Source: Candidatus Hodarchaeota archaeon (GTDB lineage: Archaea; Asgardarchaeota; Heimdallarchaeia; Hodarchaeales; Hodarchaeaceae). From it: DNA of 37,262 bases. The stretch's first letter is position 1. Every line of letters begins with the position of its first letter. The position numbers and the translations under genes were made by a program. The stretch is taken from NCBI GenBank assembly GCA_016839785.1, contig JAEOTQ010000134.1, positions 1 through 37,262 of the forward strand, read 5' to 3'. Positions 18,320-27,598 of the stretch are shown one piece after another. The notes under the pieces are model-generated. The model had not been told where the DNA came from, ran no database searches, and saw nothing but the letters and a program-made list of their open reading frames with translations.

Positions 18320-20213
18320 GTTCAATTCCTCCAATTATATTTTTAATTACCGTTTCTATCTCCTCAACATGAAAGGGCTTACCTTGCACTTTAGTTAGGC
18401 TTTCTGCGATGATTGAGAATCGAGCTTGAATAATGAAATGCAATTGTCCGTTATTCAATTCAGGAATGAGAATCTGTTTATAAGAACTTAAAATCTTTCC
18501 CAAGTTTGCTGGTAATGGATTTAAAAATCGAAGATTAGTATCTGCTACTGAAAACCCTTCTTTTCGTAAGTTTTCACTTGCTGTATGAGCTGCACCGTAA
18601 GTAGATCCCCATGATAACACTAGAATATCTCCTTTGGAAGGGCCTTCTACCACTTGAGAGGGTATCTCTTTCCCGATTCCTGAAACTTTTTGCTCTCTGA
18701 GATTGACCATCTTTTCATGATTCACAGGATCATAGCTCACATTACCAGTAATTATCTCTTTTTCCAATCCTCCAATTCTATGTTCTAATCCCTTAGTTCC
18801 CGGTACTACATAGGGCCTTGCAAGGTTCTCATCTCTTGTATAAGGAGTAAATCTCCCATCAGATCCCATAGAACTCTTTCTGGGATTGTTGATTTCGATA
18901 GGTGAAAGCTTGCTAAGATTGGGTATTTTCCAAGGGTCGATATTATTTGCTAAATATGCATCAGACAAGAGGACTACTGGAGTCATATATTTGATTGCAA
19001 TCCTAACAGCTTTTATGGCAAGTTTAAAACAATCCCCTGGAGTTTGCGGTGCAAAAACGGGGAGTGGTGATTCTCCGTTTCTTCCAAATAGAACTTGAAG
19101 AAGATCACTCTGTTCAGGCTTTGTTGGCATTCCTGTACTTGGTCCAGCGCGTTGTACATTGACCAATATTAACGGAAGTTCAGTAATTACCGCAAGTCCA
19201 AGAGCTTCACTCATTAATGCCAATCCAGGACCTGAGGTGCCAGTTACTCCAATACTACCCCCAAAAGAAGCTCCAATTATGGAACCTATAGCCGCAATTT
19301 CATCTTCAGCTTGAAAGGTCTTAACTCCATATCCCCTTAGTCTAACTAGTTCGTGTAATAAATCACTAGCGGGAGTAATAGGATAAGCACCAAAAAATAA
19401 TTCTCGGTTGGCCAATTGAGATGCGGTAGCTAGTCCTAAAGCTAGTGCTTGTGACCCTGAAATATACCTATACAAGCCTGGTTTCATTTCTGCTTTTGGA
19501 ACCGTATATTGTACTGATAGAAACTCATTAGTCTCCCCAAAATAATATCCTGCCTTGAGGGTCTTCGCATTAGCTTTTACAATGGCAGGACGATTACTAA
19601 ATTTCTTTTCAATCCATTTTATGGTGGAATCGAGTGGTCTTGCATAAAGCCAGGAAATTAATCCCAACGCAAAGAAATTACGTGTTAAGTTTATTTGTTT
19701 ACTAGATATTCCTTCGATTGAACTTACAGCTTCTTTATTTAATTTTGTAATATTTACAGGAAATACGCGAAAATTACTTAATGTTCCGTCGTCTAGTGGA
19801 CTAATGGAGTAACCAGCTTTGGACAGAGCTCTTGGCGTAAATGAGTCTTGATTTATTATCAAAATCCCTGTTGATTTTAAATCCTCAATATTAACGCGAA
19901 GTGCAGCTGGATTCATAGCCACAAGAGTATCAAGTTTGTCTCCAGGAGTATAAATCTCTGTGGATGAGAAGTGAATTTGAAAACCAGAAACCCCAGCTAA
20001 AGTTCCTTGAGGTGCTCGTATCTCTGCTGGATAGTCAGGAAAGGTAGAAACGTCATTTCCTAACATAACAGAGGCGGAAGTAAATTTTAGTCCTGCCAGC
20101 TGCATTCCATCCCCGCTATCCCCTGCTAAACGAATGACAACTCTTTCCAGTTCTTCTATAGACTTTTTATTGGGAGTTTTTTTTCTCTTTTCGAGTTTTT
20201 GAACTTCTTCCAT
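18312..20213 (-). CDS. korA: 2-oxoacid:ferredoxin oxidoreductase alpha subunit (gamma-alpha fusion)
   Basis: AGDSGDGMQL, YPAEIRAP, YPITPAS, QAEDE, TSGPG, QRAGPSTGMPT. Confidence 0.95.
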   Translation of the reverse strand: MEEVQKLEKRKKTPNKKSIEELERVVIRLAGDSGDGMQLAGLKFTSASVMLGNDVSTFPDYPAEIRAPQGTLAGVSGFQIHFSSTEIYTPGDKLDTLVAMNPAALRVNIEDLKSTGILIINQDSFTPRALSKAGYSISPLDDGTLSNFRVFPVNITKLNKEAVSSIEGISSKQINLTRNFFALGLISWLYARPLDSTIKWIEKKFSNRPAIVKANAKTLKAGYYFGETNEFLSVQYTVPKAEMKPGLYRYISGSQALALGLATASQLANRELFFGAYPITPASDLLHELVRLRGYGVKTFQAEDEIAAIGSIIGASFGGSIGVTGTSGPGLALMSEALGLAVITELPLILVNVQRAGPSTGMPTKPEQSDLLQVLFGRNGESPLPVFAPQTPGDCFKLAIKAVRIAIKYMTPVVLLSDAYLANNIDPWKIPNLSKLSPIEINNPRKSSMGSDGRFTPYTRDENLARPYVVPGTKGLEHRIGGLEKEIITGNVSYDPVNHEKMVNLREQKVSGIGKEIPSQVVEGPSKGDILVLSWGSTYGAAHTASENLRKEGFSVADTNLRFLNPLPANLGKILSSYKQILIPELNNGQLHFIIQARFSIIAESLTKVQGKPFHVEEIETVIKNIIGGIEHD

Positions 20214-20263
20214 TAATTGACCTCATTAGATGATTACAAAAACTGATTCATTTACAAATGAAA

Positions 20264-20740
20264 CTAAGCTCCTTCTCTCTTATCCTGTGTTGGTTGTGCA
20301 GGCTTAAGAGTATGAACACTTTCAGCAAAATATTCTACCAAATAGTGTATGAAATCTCGCGCAGATACTATACCGACTAGTTTACCTTCATCTAGTATTG
20401 GTAAATGCATAAATGTATTCTTATACAAAGTTAATGCAATCTGAGCAATGGATTCTCTGCATTCTATAGTATTGTAGTCCGTATTCATAACAGTCTTTGC
20501 TAAGGCATTCTCATCTAGAGTTCCTGAACCAATGTAGCGAAGAATATCACGCTCAGTGATGATACCCTTTAGTTTTTGTGCTTCATCTAATATACAAACA
20601 TAACTAGACCATTGGGATCTTAAAGCATCAATAGCATCTCTTATTGTCGCAGATTCAGGTAGTGCGTTGAGTTCGGAACGAATAAGTCTTTTACAATCAT
20701 CTTTTCGGAAAATCGAGATAAGATAGTCTTCTTGAGGCAT
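20264..20740 (-). CDS. CBS domain protein
   Basis: GIITERDIL and HLPILDEGKLVGIVSARD CBS motifs. Confidence 0.9.
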   Translation of the reverse strand: MPQEDYLISIFRKDDCKRLIRSELNALPESATIRDAIDALRSQWSSYVCILDEAQKLKGIITERDILRYIGSGTLDENALAKTVMNTDYNTIECRESIAQIALTLYKNTFMHLPILDEGKLVGIVSARDFIHYLVEYFAESVHTLKPAQPTQDKREGA

Positions 20741-20916
20741 TTTAATTCACTAAATTTATTATTAGATTGGATTATTCACGAATTTCTTAGTTATTCCTAG
20801 TAAATTAAACTTATTTCGTAAACCAGAGGAATGAATGAGGAACAGAAACTCAAATCTGTAAATGAACTATCCTAATCATAAATCTTTTTTTCCGAAAAGA
20901 GTTATCGAAGAAAAAC

Positions 20917-21582
20917 TCAAGTTATTAAAGGCTGAGGTGGATGTTTTTGTAATTTAACAGCTAGAAGTATAAATATTTCATATAAAAAAGATCCTAGATA
21001 AAAAGAGGAGTAGAATATAATCACTGAAGCAATGGCGGCGAATAAAAAAGAAAATTGAGGTGTAGGGTAGGGAAGATTGATTAAATCGTGAAGAAATATC
21101 CAAGCTCTAAATCCATCAGTGACTGCTCCTTCTGAAGGATAAGTGGGAAACATGTTCGGGAGATCACATAGCAATCCAAACAGGGCATATTTTTGAAAAT
21201 AAGGACTTATTTCCTTATTTTTACGCCTCATGATTATAATTCCTACAATAGTAGTCAGAATTACAGCCAGAGATCCTGACATCAACAGTAAAATTGCTTC
21301 CCAGCATATTTCAAACCCTCCGAGCGTTACACATCCGCATTTTAATCCTTCATTGAACGTTAATATTTTAATTTGAGGATTTTGATCTGGAAAGAAAAGC
21401 ATAGCCACAATAAAGTGACCTAGTTCATGGATTAGGGTGATGGGGAAATAAATAATGTTAAACATGATTGCGATTGCTGAAGAACTTATAACTAAAAGGG
21501 GTAAAATGAGAGCAAAAAGGAAAGAGAATAGAAAACTGACTCGGTGATCTTTGAAATTGACTTCATTTTCCCTGATAAACAC
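20917..21582 (-). CDS. Membrane zinc metallopeptidase (M50-like)
   Basis: TLIHELGH (HExxH) within a TM segment and a downstream N-x-F-P...TDG third-ligand motif. Confidence 0.75.
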   Translation of the reverse strand: MFIRENEVNFKDHRVSFLFSFLFALILPLLVISSSAIAIMFNIIYFPITLIHELGHFIVAMLFFPDQNPQIKILTFNEGLKCGCVTLGGFEICWEAILLLMSGSLAVILTTIVGIIIMRRKNKEISPYFQKYALFGLLCDLPNMFPTYPSEGAVTDGFRAWIFLHDLINLPYPTPQFSFLFAAIASVIIFYSSFYLGSFLYEIFILLAVKLQKHPPQPLIT

Positions 21583-21798
21583 AATAAATCATTTAATAAT
21601 TGGAAAATGGTGCTATATAAGGGCTACGGGTTTTTTATCCATTTTTAATACTTTAAACATAAAATACTTACAAAAGTTACAAGTGAAGGTGATTTTACAC
21701 TGACGTTTTGTGAAATTCACTCAACCGCCAATTAAAAACAATCATAATCCCATCCTAAAAATAAAAAAGGGAAAATTTTAACTGGGGAGAAGTCTTTC

Positions 21799-22521
21799 CT
21801 AAGATTTTTTCAAATGAATTTTTTCTTTCCCAGTTATCATACCTCGTAATCGTTCTCGGTTTTGAGGTATAATTGCGAAATAGAAATGAACCATTGTAGT
21901 GGTTAGGAAATATAAGAATATTAGAAAATGAACAAGACGAATATCAATTGCAAACCATCCTAATGGAAGTAAAATTAAATTAAAGATGTCTACAATAATA
22001 CTTGGCACATGACCTGCATTTGACTGTTCTGAAAGTACTACACCAGTTACACCCATCCCAAAAATTGCAATAAGGTTAGATAAAGACAAAACTTTCTGCG
22101 CTGGATGGTATTTCATAATGTATTTTTTCTTGTCGACATTGTAGTAGTCATAGTGAGGATATTTTGAATCTGGCAGAATTCTGATATAACAGAGGAATAT
22201 TATAAACATATCAAGAAAATCTCGGGGAGTAGGTATTAATTCTCCGTATTTCTTAAATCTAATGACGATTGCTGGAAAAACTATAAGATCCCAAAAACCT
22301 ATGAAAACTCCAAATATCACATGAAATAATCGTGTATCACTATAATCTCCAAGAAAATACATTCCAAGAAATAGCTCTAGGCCTGTAAATAAGAAAAATA
22401 TCATGAGAACGACATGAATCCAATGGTGGATTCGTTGCGAACGTTTATATCTCTCTACACTAAGGATTTGTTCCGTTTCAATTGCCTTCGGTTTGGAAGT
22501 CTCTGATTTAGTTTCTGCCAT
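21799..22521 (-). CDS. Di-heme cytochrome b (hydrogenase/formate dehydrogenase cyt b-like, 4 TM)
   Basis: RIHHW, RLFHV, KYHPAQK, RLVHF and MVHFY give the canonical His pattern. ATG 22521 follows AAGGAG (the ORF track extends it to 22608). Confidence 0.88.
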   Translation of the reverse strand: MAETKSETSKPKAIETEQILSVERYKRSQRIHHWIHVVLMIFFLFTGLELFLGMYFLGDYSDTRLFHVIFGVFIGFWDLIVFPAIVIRFKKYGELIPTPRDFLDMFIIFLCYIRILPDSKYPHYDYYNVDKKKYIMKYHPAQKVLSLSNLIAIFGMGVTGVVLSEQSNAGHVPSIIVDIFNLILLPLGWFAIDIRLVHFLIFLYFLTTTMVHFYFAIIPQNRERLRGMITGKEKIHLKKS

Positions 22522-22639
22522 TAAAATTAGCTCCTTACTTATATGGAAATAGGTTTTTAGCTTTTCTACTAAAACTTTGTTTTCAGTGTTATCAGGTAAC
22601 TTATTCAATTCCCTGATGTGATCCGATATTCTCCTCTAC

Positions 22640-23515
22640 TTATTTTGAGGAGAACGTTTCTCTCCAACGTTCCATAAACGATGGTGGATTGTGATCATTG
22701 TCAACTATTCGCGTATACTTATGTTCAATAGGACTGGAGACCACACGACGGAAGGCATGAAAACCAATGAAGACTAATATACCAACTGGAGTAACACCAA
22801 GTAAGATGAATTTTATTTGTCCTAAATTGGCTCCTACAGGGATATCTACATCTGGATCAGCTGAACCTTCTCCAAGAAGTTTATCTGTAATCAGGAGATA
22901 GAAATCTTCGTGAAACCCGATATGATCATCTTTCGATGCGAATTGCATCATATTTAAACTTCCATTGTAGAATGCGATGTCAAATCCATCTGTATCCCCA
23001 GTTTCGAATGGTCTTACTACCTCAAGATAAACAAGGCTACTATCAAAGATTTCTTCAGTGGAAATGTCCATCTGAACATCGTTATCTGGCATTACAGTTC
23101 CAACGAATTGAATATCTCTGGCTTCTATTTGATCAGGATTTTGATTAACATAAAAACTCCATCCGTCATTAAGATTAGCCATACAGACTTCGGGTTCGGG
23201 CTCAAACTCTATTGAGACCCAGTCATTACTTTGAGGGTATACAATCAATGAAAACAAGTGAGTTTCGTTATTTGCAAATTTTACAAATCCTCCTTCTCCA
23301 AACTCTGAAATATTTTGATAACTAGTAATTTCTGACCAAAATGATTCTACTTGACCATTGTTTAGGATCAAACTCGTATTAACATTCGGTGCAACAAATC
23401 CTCTTGCGGATTGAGTAACTGCAGTTGTGCTTCCTAAAACACTGGTTCCGATAAAACCTGCTGAAAGGAAGATGATAAACATAATCATAATAAATTTAAT
23501 TCTGGTGATTTTCAT
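22640..23515 (-). CDS. Secreted, C-terminally anchored DOMON-like (putative heme b) protein
   Basis: Signal peptide, 'WVSIEF...CMANLND' (Met ligand position), 'RPFETGDTDGFD' (DOMON R-x-x-x-T-x-D motif), 'HIGFH', C-terminal TM helix. Confidence 0.65.
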   Translation of the reverse strand: MKITRIKFIMIMFIIFLSAGFIGTSVLGSTTAVTQSARGFVAPNVNTSLILNNGQVESFWSEITSYQNISEFGEGGFVKFANNETHLFSLIVYPQSNDWVSIEFEPEPEVCMANLNDGWSFYVNQNPDQIEARDIQFVGTVMPDNDVQMDISTEEIFDSSLVYLEVVRPFETGDTDGFDIAFYNGSLNMMQFASKDDHIGFHEDFYLLITDKLLGEGSADPDVDIPVGANLGQIKFILLGVTPVGILVFIGFHAFRRVVSSPIEHKYTRIVDNDHNPPSFMERWRETFSSK

Positions 23516-24043
23516 TTCATTAACACTCTTCGCGTATTATCACTTTTTATGTAATTTTTTTCTTTTAGAGGAATAATTAGCTTCTTCTGGATTGCGTCTT
23601 TTTGTTTCTGTCGCAAGAGTATTCTCAAAGCGATTTTTATTGTCCAAAGTGTTAGTTTTACCATACTCTAATTCGGTCTCGTTCAGAAACTCGAGTTAGC
23701 GTTGTGTCTTCACTGTATTACCGCCGATAAAGACGCGCATGTTTTCTTGAATACAATAAAATAAACAATTGTTACAGTTAAAATATTTTTCTATGTTTTT
23801 TAACTAAAAAGTTACAAAATATACAAAAAATACATCAGAAAAGGGAAATAATTCAAGAAATACCAAATCATATTGACTGAGATTTCTAAGAGTGGTTTAT
23901 CTACTTGAGGAAGTACTCAAAGGAGAATAAAATCAGGCAAAACCGAGACTAAACGCACAAAGAATTAAAATATTTTTCATTACAGTGATCTAGTGAATAT
24001 AGCGGAGTAAAGGCACAAAAACTAAGGAAAAAAATGAGTTAAT

Positions 24044-24811
24044 CTATACTTTTCCTTTAAAATCGTTCTTTTTTATCCGATATAAACAGCACTCATCACC
24101 TTCGCGGATACACTTTTCTTTAACCGCATGAGCTCCAATTAATTCACTTACGATTGATTCATCGACTGTACAGGCAAGAGAATTTTCTTTTGCAACACCG
24201 AATATAAGGCAATTGTAATTTTTTAGGGCAAAAGAAACATCATCCTCTAATACTTCAGGAAATTTACCATACATTCGATATACTTTGACAACACTTTGTA
24301 AACGATCTCTCAAAGATTCATATGATCCTCCAGGTTCAATATTTTCTTTGATTGCTGGTTGTACTTCACTAGCAATTTGTTTTCCTACTTCTCGAAGCAG
24401 TTCAATTGTTGCTTCAGTACCAATTCTTTCCTGCACCTCTGCTAGTAGTTTGATTGAAAAATCGCGATATTGTTTAGGAAATTCCTCAATGGCATCTGGA
24501 TGTAAGGAATAAAGAATAGCAGGACGGCCAGTTGTGCTTTTCTGAGTAGTACGGATCACTAAGCCTTCTTTTTCTAGGATTATTAGATATTGGCGAGTAG
24601 CATTTATACTGATCTTGAGGTAATCAGCAATTTCTTTCACAGTACATGATTCTTCAGCGGTAGACCCACTGAGTAATAAGTATTGCAAAATCTTATCTTT
24701 TGAGGATGCAGTTGTTCCTGTTTCCAAATTTAAAAGGACCCTTTTTTTAGTTCGAGATATTGTGGAGTAATATAATTGTAGACACTGATTAGTCAAAAAA
24801 AACGCTTTCAA
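24044..24811 (-). CDS. SufR-like HTH transcriptional regulator with Cys-rich C-terminus; probable start TTG 24727
   Basis: wHTH 'TVKEIADYLKISINATRQYLIILEKEGLV...GRPAILYSL', then C-x12-C and CIREGDECC. Confidence 0.85.
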   Translation of the reverse strand: MKAFFLTNQCLQLYYSTISRTKKRVLLNLETGTTASSKDKILQYLLLSGSTAEESCTVKEIADYLKISINATRQYLIILEKEGLVIRTTQKSTTGRPAILYSLHPDAIEEFPKQYRDFSIKLLAEVQERIGTEATIELLREVGKQIASEVQPAIKENIEPGGSYESLRDRLQSVVKVYRMYGKFPEVLEDDVSFALKNYNCLIFGVAKENSLACTVDESIVSELIGAHAVKEKCIREGDECCLYRIKKNDFKGKV

Positions 24812-25148
24812 TGTCTTCTATGTATTAATAAGTATTAATGGTTTTTAAGTTTTTAATTTATTTCATATACATTATATATTAGTCCTTCAACTTTGAGGAG
24901 GATTTTCTTACTACAGATACTAACATGTATCAACTAAAGGTTTCATTTTCTTGAAGATCTTGAACATTGATCCGTCTTTAATATGAGAATTTGCAATCTA
25001 CAATGTTTACAATTGTGAATCTCCTTTTGGGAAGGATAATATTTTCATACGAGAAAGACTTACAAAAGTATAGCTAGGGCTCATTGAAATCGAAGATATA
25101 GATTATTTGCAGGTAAAAAATCTTTAGGCTACTGAAGAATCAATATAA

Positions 25149-25850
25149 ATGAGAGATCTATTCATGTTACCCGAGAATGTCCGAAATAACGAAAAATGGA
25201 TTATTTTTACACTTCTTACTGGCTTCTTAATTTTTAACTTCTATATGGTTTTCATCTCAATAAAATCATTTGCAGGATTCACTGTAAGTGGTCATCCTGT
25301 ATTTTTGATGGTTCCTTTTGCCTTTGCAACATACGTATGTTTTGGATTAACTTTGTTTAGTGGAATTCTCTACTTAGTTTGGAGAAGAGATCAAAAACTT
25401 GACCTTATATTGTTATCCAGTGCTCAAGTAGGTGTTGTGCTCGGAGCTATCACAATTATCATTGGAATGATCTGGGCAAAAGTAGAATGGGGAGCATTCT
25501 GGGATTGGAATCCTCGTGAAACCATAACACTTGTAATGTGGTTAGTGTATGTGGGCTTGCTAATATTTCGTGACATGTTAGAAGTAGATAGTCATGAAAG
25601 ACGAGCGACCATCTCTGCAATTTTTGGAATCCTTGCTTTCGTATCAGTTCCTCTCTCATACGTGATTGTAGGAATTATTCACCCAAACCCTCCTGAAATG
25701 TCTTATAGTACGGGTGCTGGAATGTTTTTAATGATAAACTTCGTTTTTATCGGTGGATTTGCATTATATCTGATTTTTCAGGCATATCGTTTGAATAAGA
25801 TCGATTTCGAATTGCAAAAGATAAGAAAGGTTAGAATGGAGGAAGCTTAA
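25149..25850 (+). CDS. ccmC: Heme chaperone/exporter CcmC (WWD domain)
   Basis: GMIWAKVEWGAFWDWNPRET, IIHP, about 6 TM helices. First gene of the ccmCDAB cluster. Confidence 0.9.
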   Translation: MRDLFMLPENVRNNEKWIIFTLLTGFLIFNFYMVFISIKSFAGFTVSGHPVFLMVPFAFATYVCFGLTLFSGILYLVWRRDQKLDLILLSSAQVGVVLGAITIIIGMIWAKVEWGAFWDWNPRETITLVMWLVYVGLLIFRDMLEVDSHERRATISAIFGILAFVSVPLSYVIVGIIHPNPPEMSYSTGAGMFLMINFVFIGGFALYLIFQAYRLNKIDFELQKIRKVRMEEA

Positions 25851-25883
25851 CTTATAGTATTTGATTAAAATGGAGGAAATACC

Positions 25884-26039
25884 ATGGCAGATATATTTGA
25901 TGAATTATTAGGATCAGAGTTAAATCTGATGTTTTTCATTTCTGTAACAGTTTGGCTGATTATTTTTTTGTATCTACTATATACTAACGATCGAGTAAAG
26001 AAGCTAGAACTAGAACTTGAGAGTCTTAAAGACGATTAA
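25884..26039 (+). CDS. ccmD: CcmD-like small membrane protein (51 aa, not in ORF track)
   Basis: GGAGG then MADIFDELLGSELNLMFFISVTVWLIIFLYLLYTNDRVKKLELELESLKDD*. One TM helix and a charged amphipathic tail, directly after ccmC. Confidence 0.8.
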   Translation: MADIFDELLGSELNLMFFISVTVWLIIFLYLLYTNDRVKKLELELESLKDD

Positions 26040-26091
26040 CAATCCCTTAACAAAATGTAATATTAGTTACTCGTTACGAATTAATCCTTGA

Positions 26092-26802
26092 GTGTCTGAA
26101 ATGGTTACTAATGATAAAGCCGTTGTAACACTTACAAAAATAAGGAAAACTTATGGGTTTACAGCTGCGCTCAAAAATATAAATCTTACAATTGAAAAGG
26201 GTGAAACGATAGGATTAATTGGAAATAATGGAGCAGGCAAAAGCACTTTGCTTAAAATAATGGCATTACTAGTGTCACCTTCCTCGGGGAGTATGAAGTT
26301 TAATGGATTAGATATGAAGGATCGTAAATCCGATATCAAACGAGATATGGAGGTTTTATTGAGCCAAGTTTTTCTTTTTGATGACCTTACTGGGAGAGAG
26401 AACCTCGAGTATTATTACAAAATGAGTAAAAGAATCACTAACCCCAAACAAGCTGTGAAAGAAATTATTCAGAAGTTCAAGCTTAAATTGTATATCGATC
26501 GACCTGTAAGGGAATATTCCACAGGAATGGCAAAAAAGTTGGAGATTCTTCGCGTTTCCTATCCTACTCTTCCAGAAATATTACTTTTGGATGAACCTTT
26601 TAGTGGATTAGATGTAGAAAATAGAGAAATGCTAAATGAAATTATTGTAGAACGACCACCAGAAACGACTGTGATAATTTGTTCTCATGATTTTGAAGCG
26701 ATTGCTCGATTATGTAGTCGCGTTTACTATTTGGAAAAGGGAAAAATTAGTCAATCCTATCTTCCAACCGAATATAACAAATTCTTAAACTTAAAAGACT
26801 AG
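26092..26802 (+). CDS. ccmA: Heme exporter ABC ATPase CcmA; likely start 26101
   Basis: Walker A GNNGAGKST, YSTGM signature, LLLDEP, SHD. Lies between ccmD and ccmB. Confidence 0.88.
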   Translation: MSEMVTNDKAVVTLTKIRKTYGFTAALKNINLTIEKGETIGLIGNNGAGKSTLLKIMALLVSPSSGSMKFNGLDMKDRKSDIKRDMEVLLSQVFLFDDLTGRENLEYYYKMSKRITNPKQAVKEIIQKFKLKLYIDRPVREYSTGMAKKLEILRVSYPTLPEILLLDEPFSGLDVENREMLNEIIVERPPETTVIICSHDFEAIARLCSRVYYLEKGKISQSYLPTEYNKFLNLKD

Positions 26803-26826
26803 TCTAGAGGAACCTGTTGAAGTATT

Positions 26827-27516
26827 ATGTCTATAATTGTTGATACCTATAACATGATGAAGAAAGATCTAGTTTTAGAATTTCGAACAAAAGAAACACT
26901 TTTCTCCATGGGTTTGTTTTCATTTGCAGCAGTGTTAATATTCTCCTCACTATTCAAACTCATTGAAAATATTACCTTAGAAGCACATTATACCATCTCA
27001 ACAGCAGCAATGTGGTTTATTATTACATTCACAATCATGTTAGGGGTAAATTCGGTGTTCTCCCGAGAAACTCAAAAAAACTCAATTTATTCCCTTCTTT
27101 CATTACCTGTAAAACCCCAGGCAATCTTTTTAGCAAAATTGTTGTACTTACTTGTTATAGTTGGCGTGGTTGAAACTTTTGCCTTCATTGTAGCTATTAT
27201 ATTTTTAAATATCTCTATCCAAGGAAACTTGGCAATTTTCCTAATTGTTTTAATTTTCGGTACAATAGACCTTGCTGTCGCTGGATGTATAGTATCCCTG
27301 TTGACCATTTATGCAAAATCGAAAACTCTTGCCATCCCAATTCTTTTTTTCCCATTAATTATTCCCTCAATAATTATTGCAGCCGATGCCACAAAGAATT
27401 TGACTTTTTATTATGATCCTACTGCAGCTATCTCTAACGCTCTAATCTTGTTTCTCCATGCAGTTATTATCTCAGTCTTAACTCTCTTATTGGTGGAGGA
27501 TTTAATTGCAGAGTAA
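26827..27516 (+). CDS. ccmB: Heme exporter permease CcmB
   Basis: KDLVLEFR, FSRE, IFLAK, LAIPILFFPLIIP and about 6 TM helices. Confidence 0.92.
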   Translation: MSIIVDTYNMMKKDLVLEFRTKETLFSMGLFSFAAVLIFSSLFKLIENITLEAHYTISTAAMWFIITFTIMLGVNSVFSRETQKNSIYSLLSLPVKPQAIFLAKLLYLLVIVGVVETFAFIVAIIFLNISIQGNLAIFLIVLIFGTIDLAVAGCIVSLLTIYAKSKTLAIPILFFPLIIPSIIIAADATKNLTFYYDPTAAISNALILFLHAVIISVLTLLLVEDLIAE

Positions 27517-27598
27517 AAAAGATAAGGGGTTTTAAGAAAAAATCATTCTCCTACGGAAATAAAATTCCCTAGAAAGAGCACCTATAAAAAAAGGATGA

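Noticed and set aside
23520-23745. Short minus-strand frames and a weak stem (GTGTCTT/AAGACGC) upstream of the DOMON gene, considered as uORF or riboswitch
   Set aside because: No recognisable protein or RNA motif, one frame is interrupted by TAA, and the pairing is weak.
21666-25069. Exact 12-mer ACTTACAAAAGT at 21666 and 25058
   Set aside because: Matches this short are expected by chance in 37 kb of AT-rich DNA and there are only two copies.
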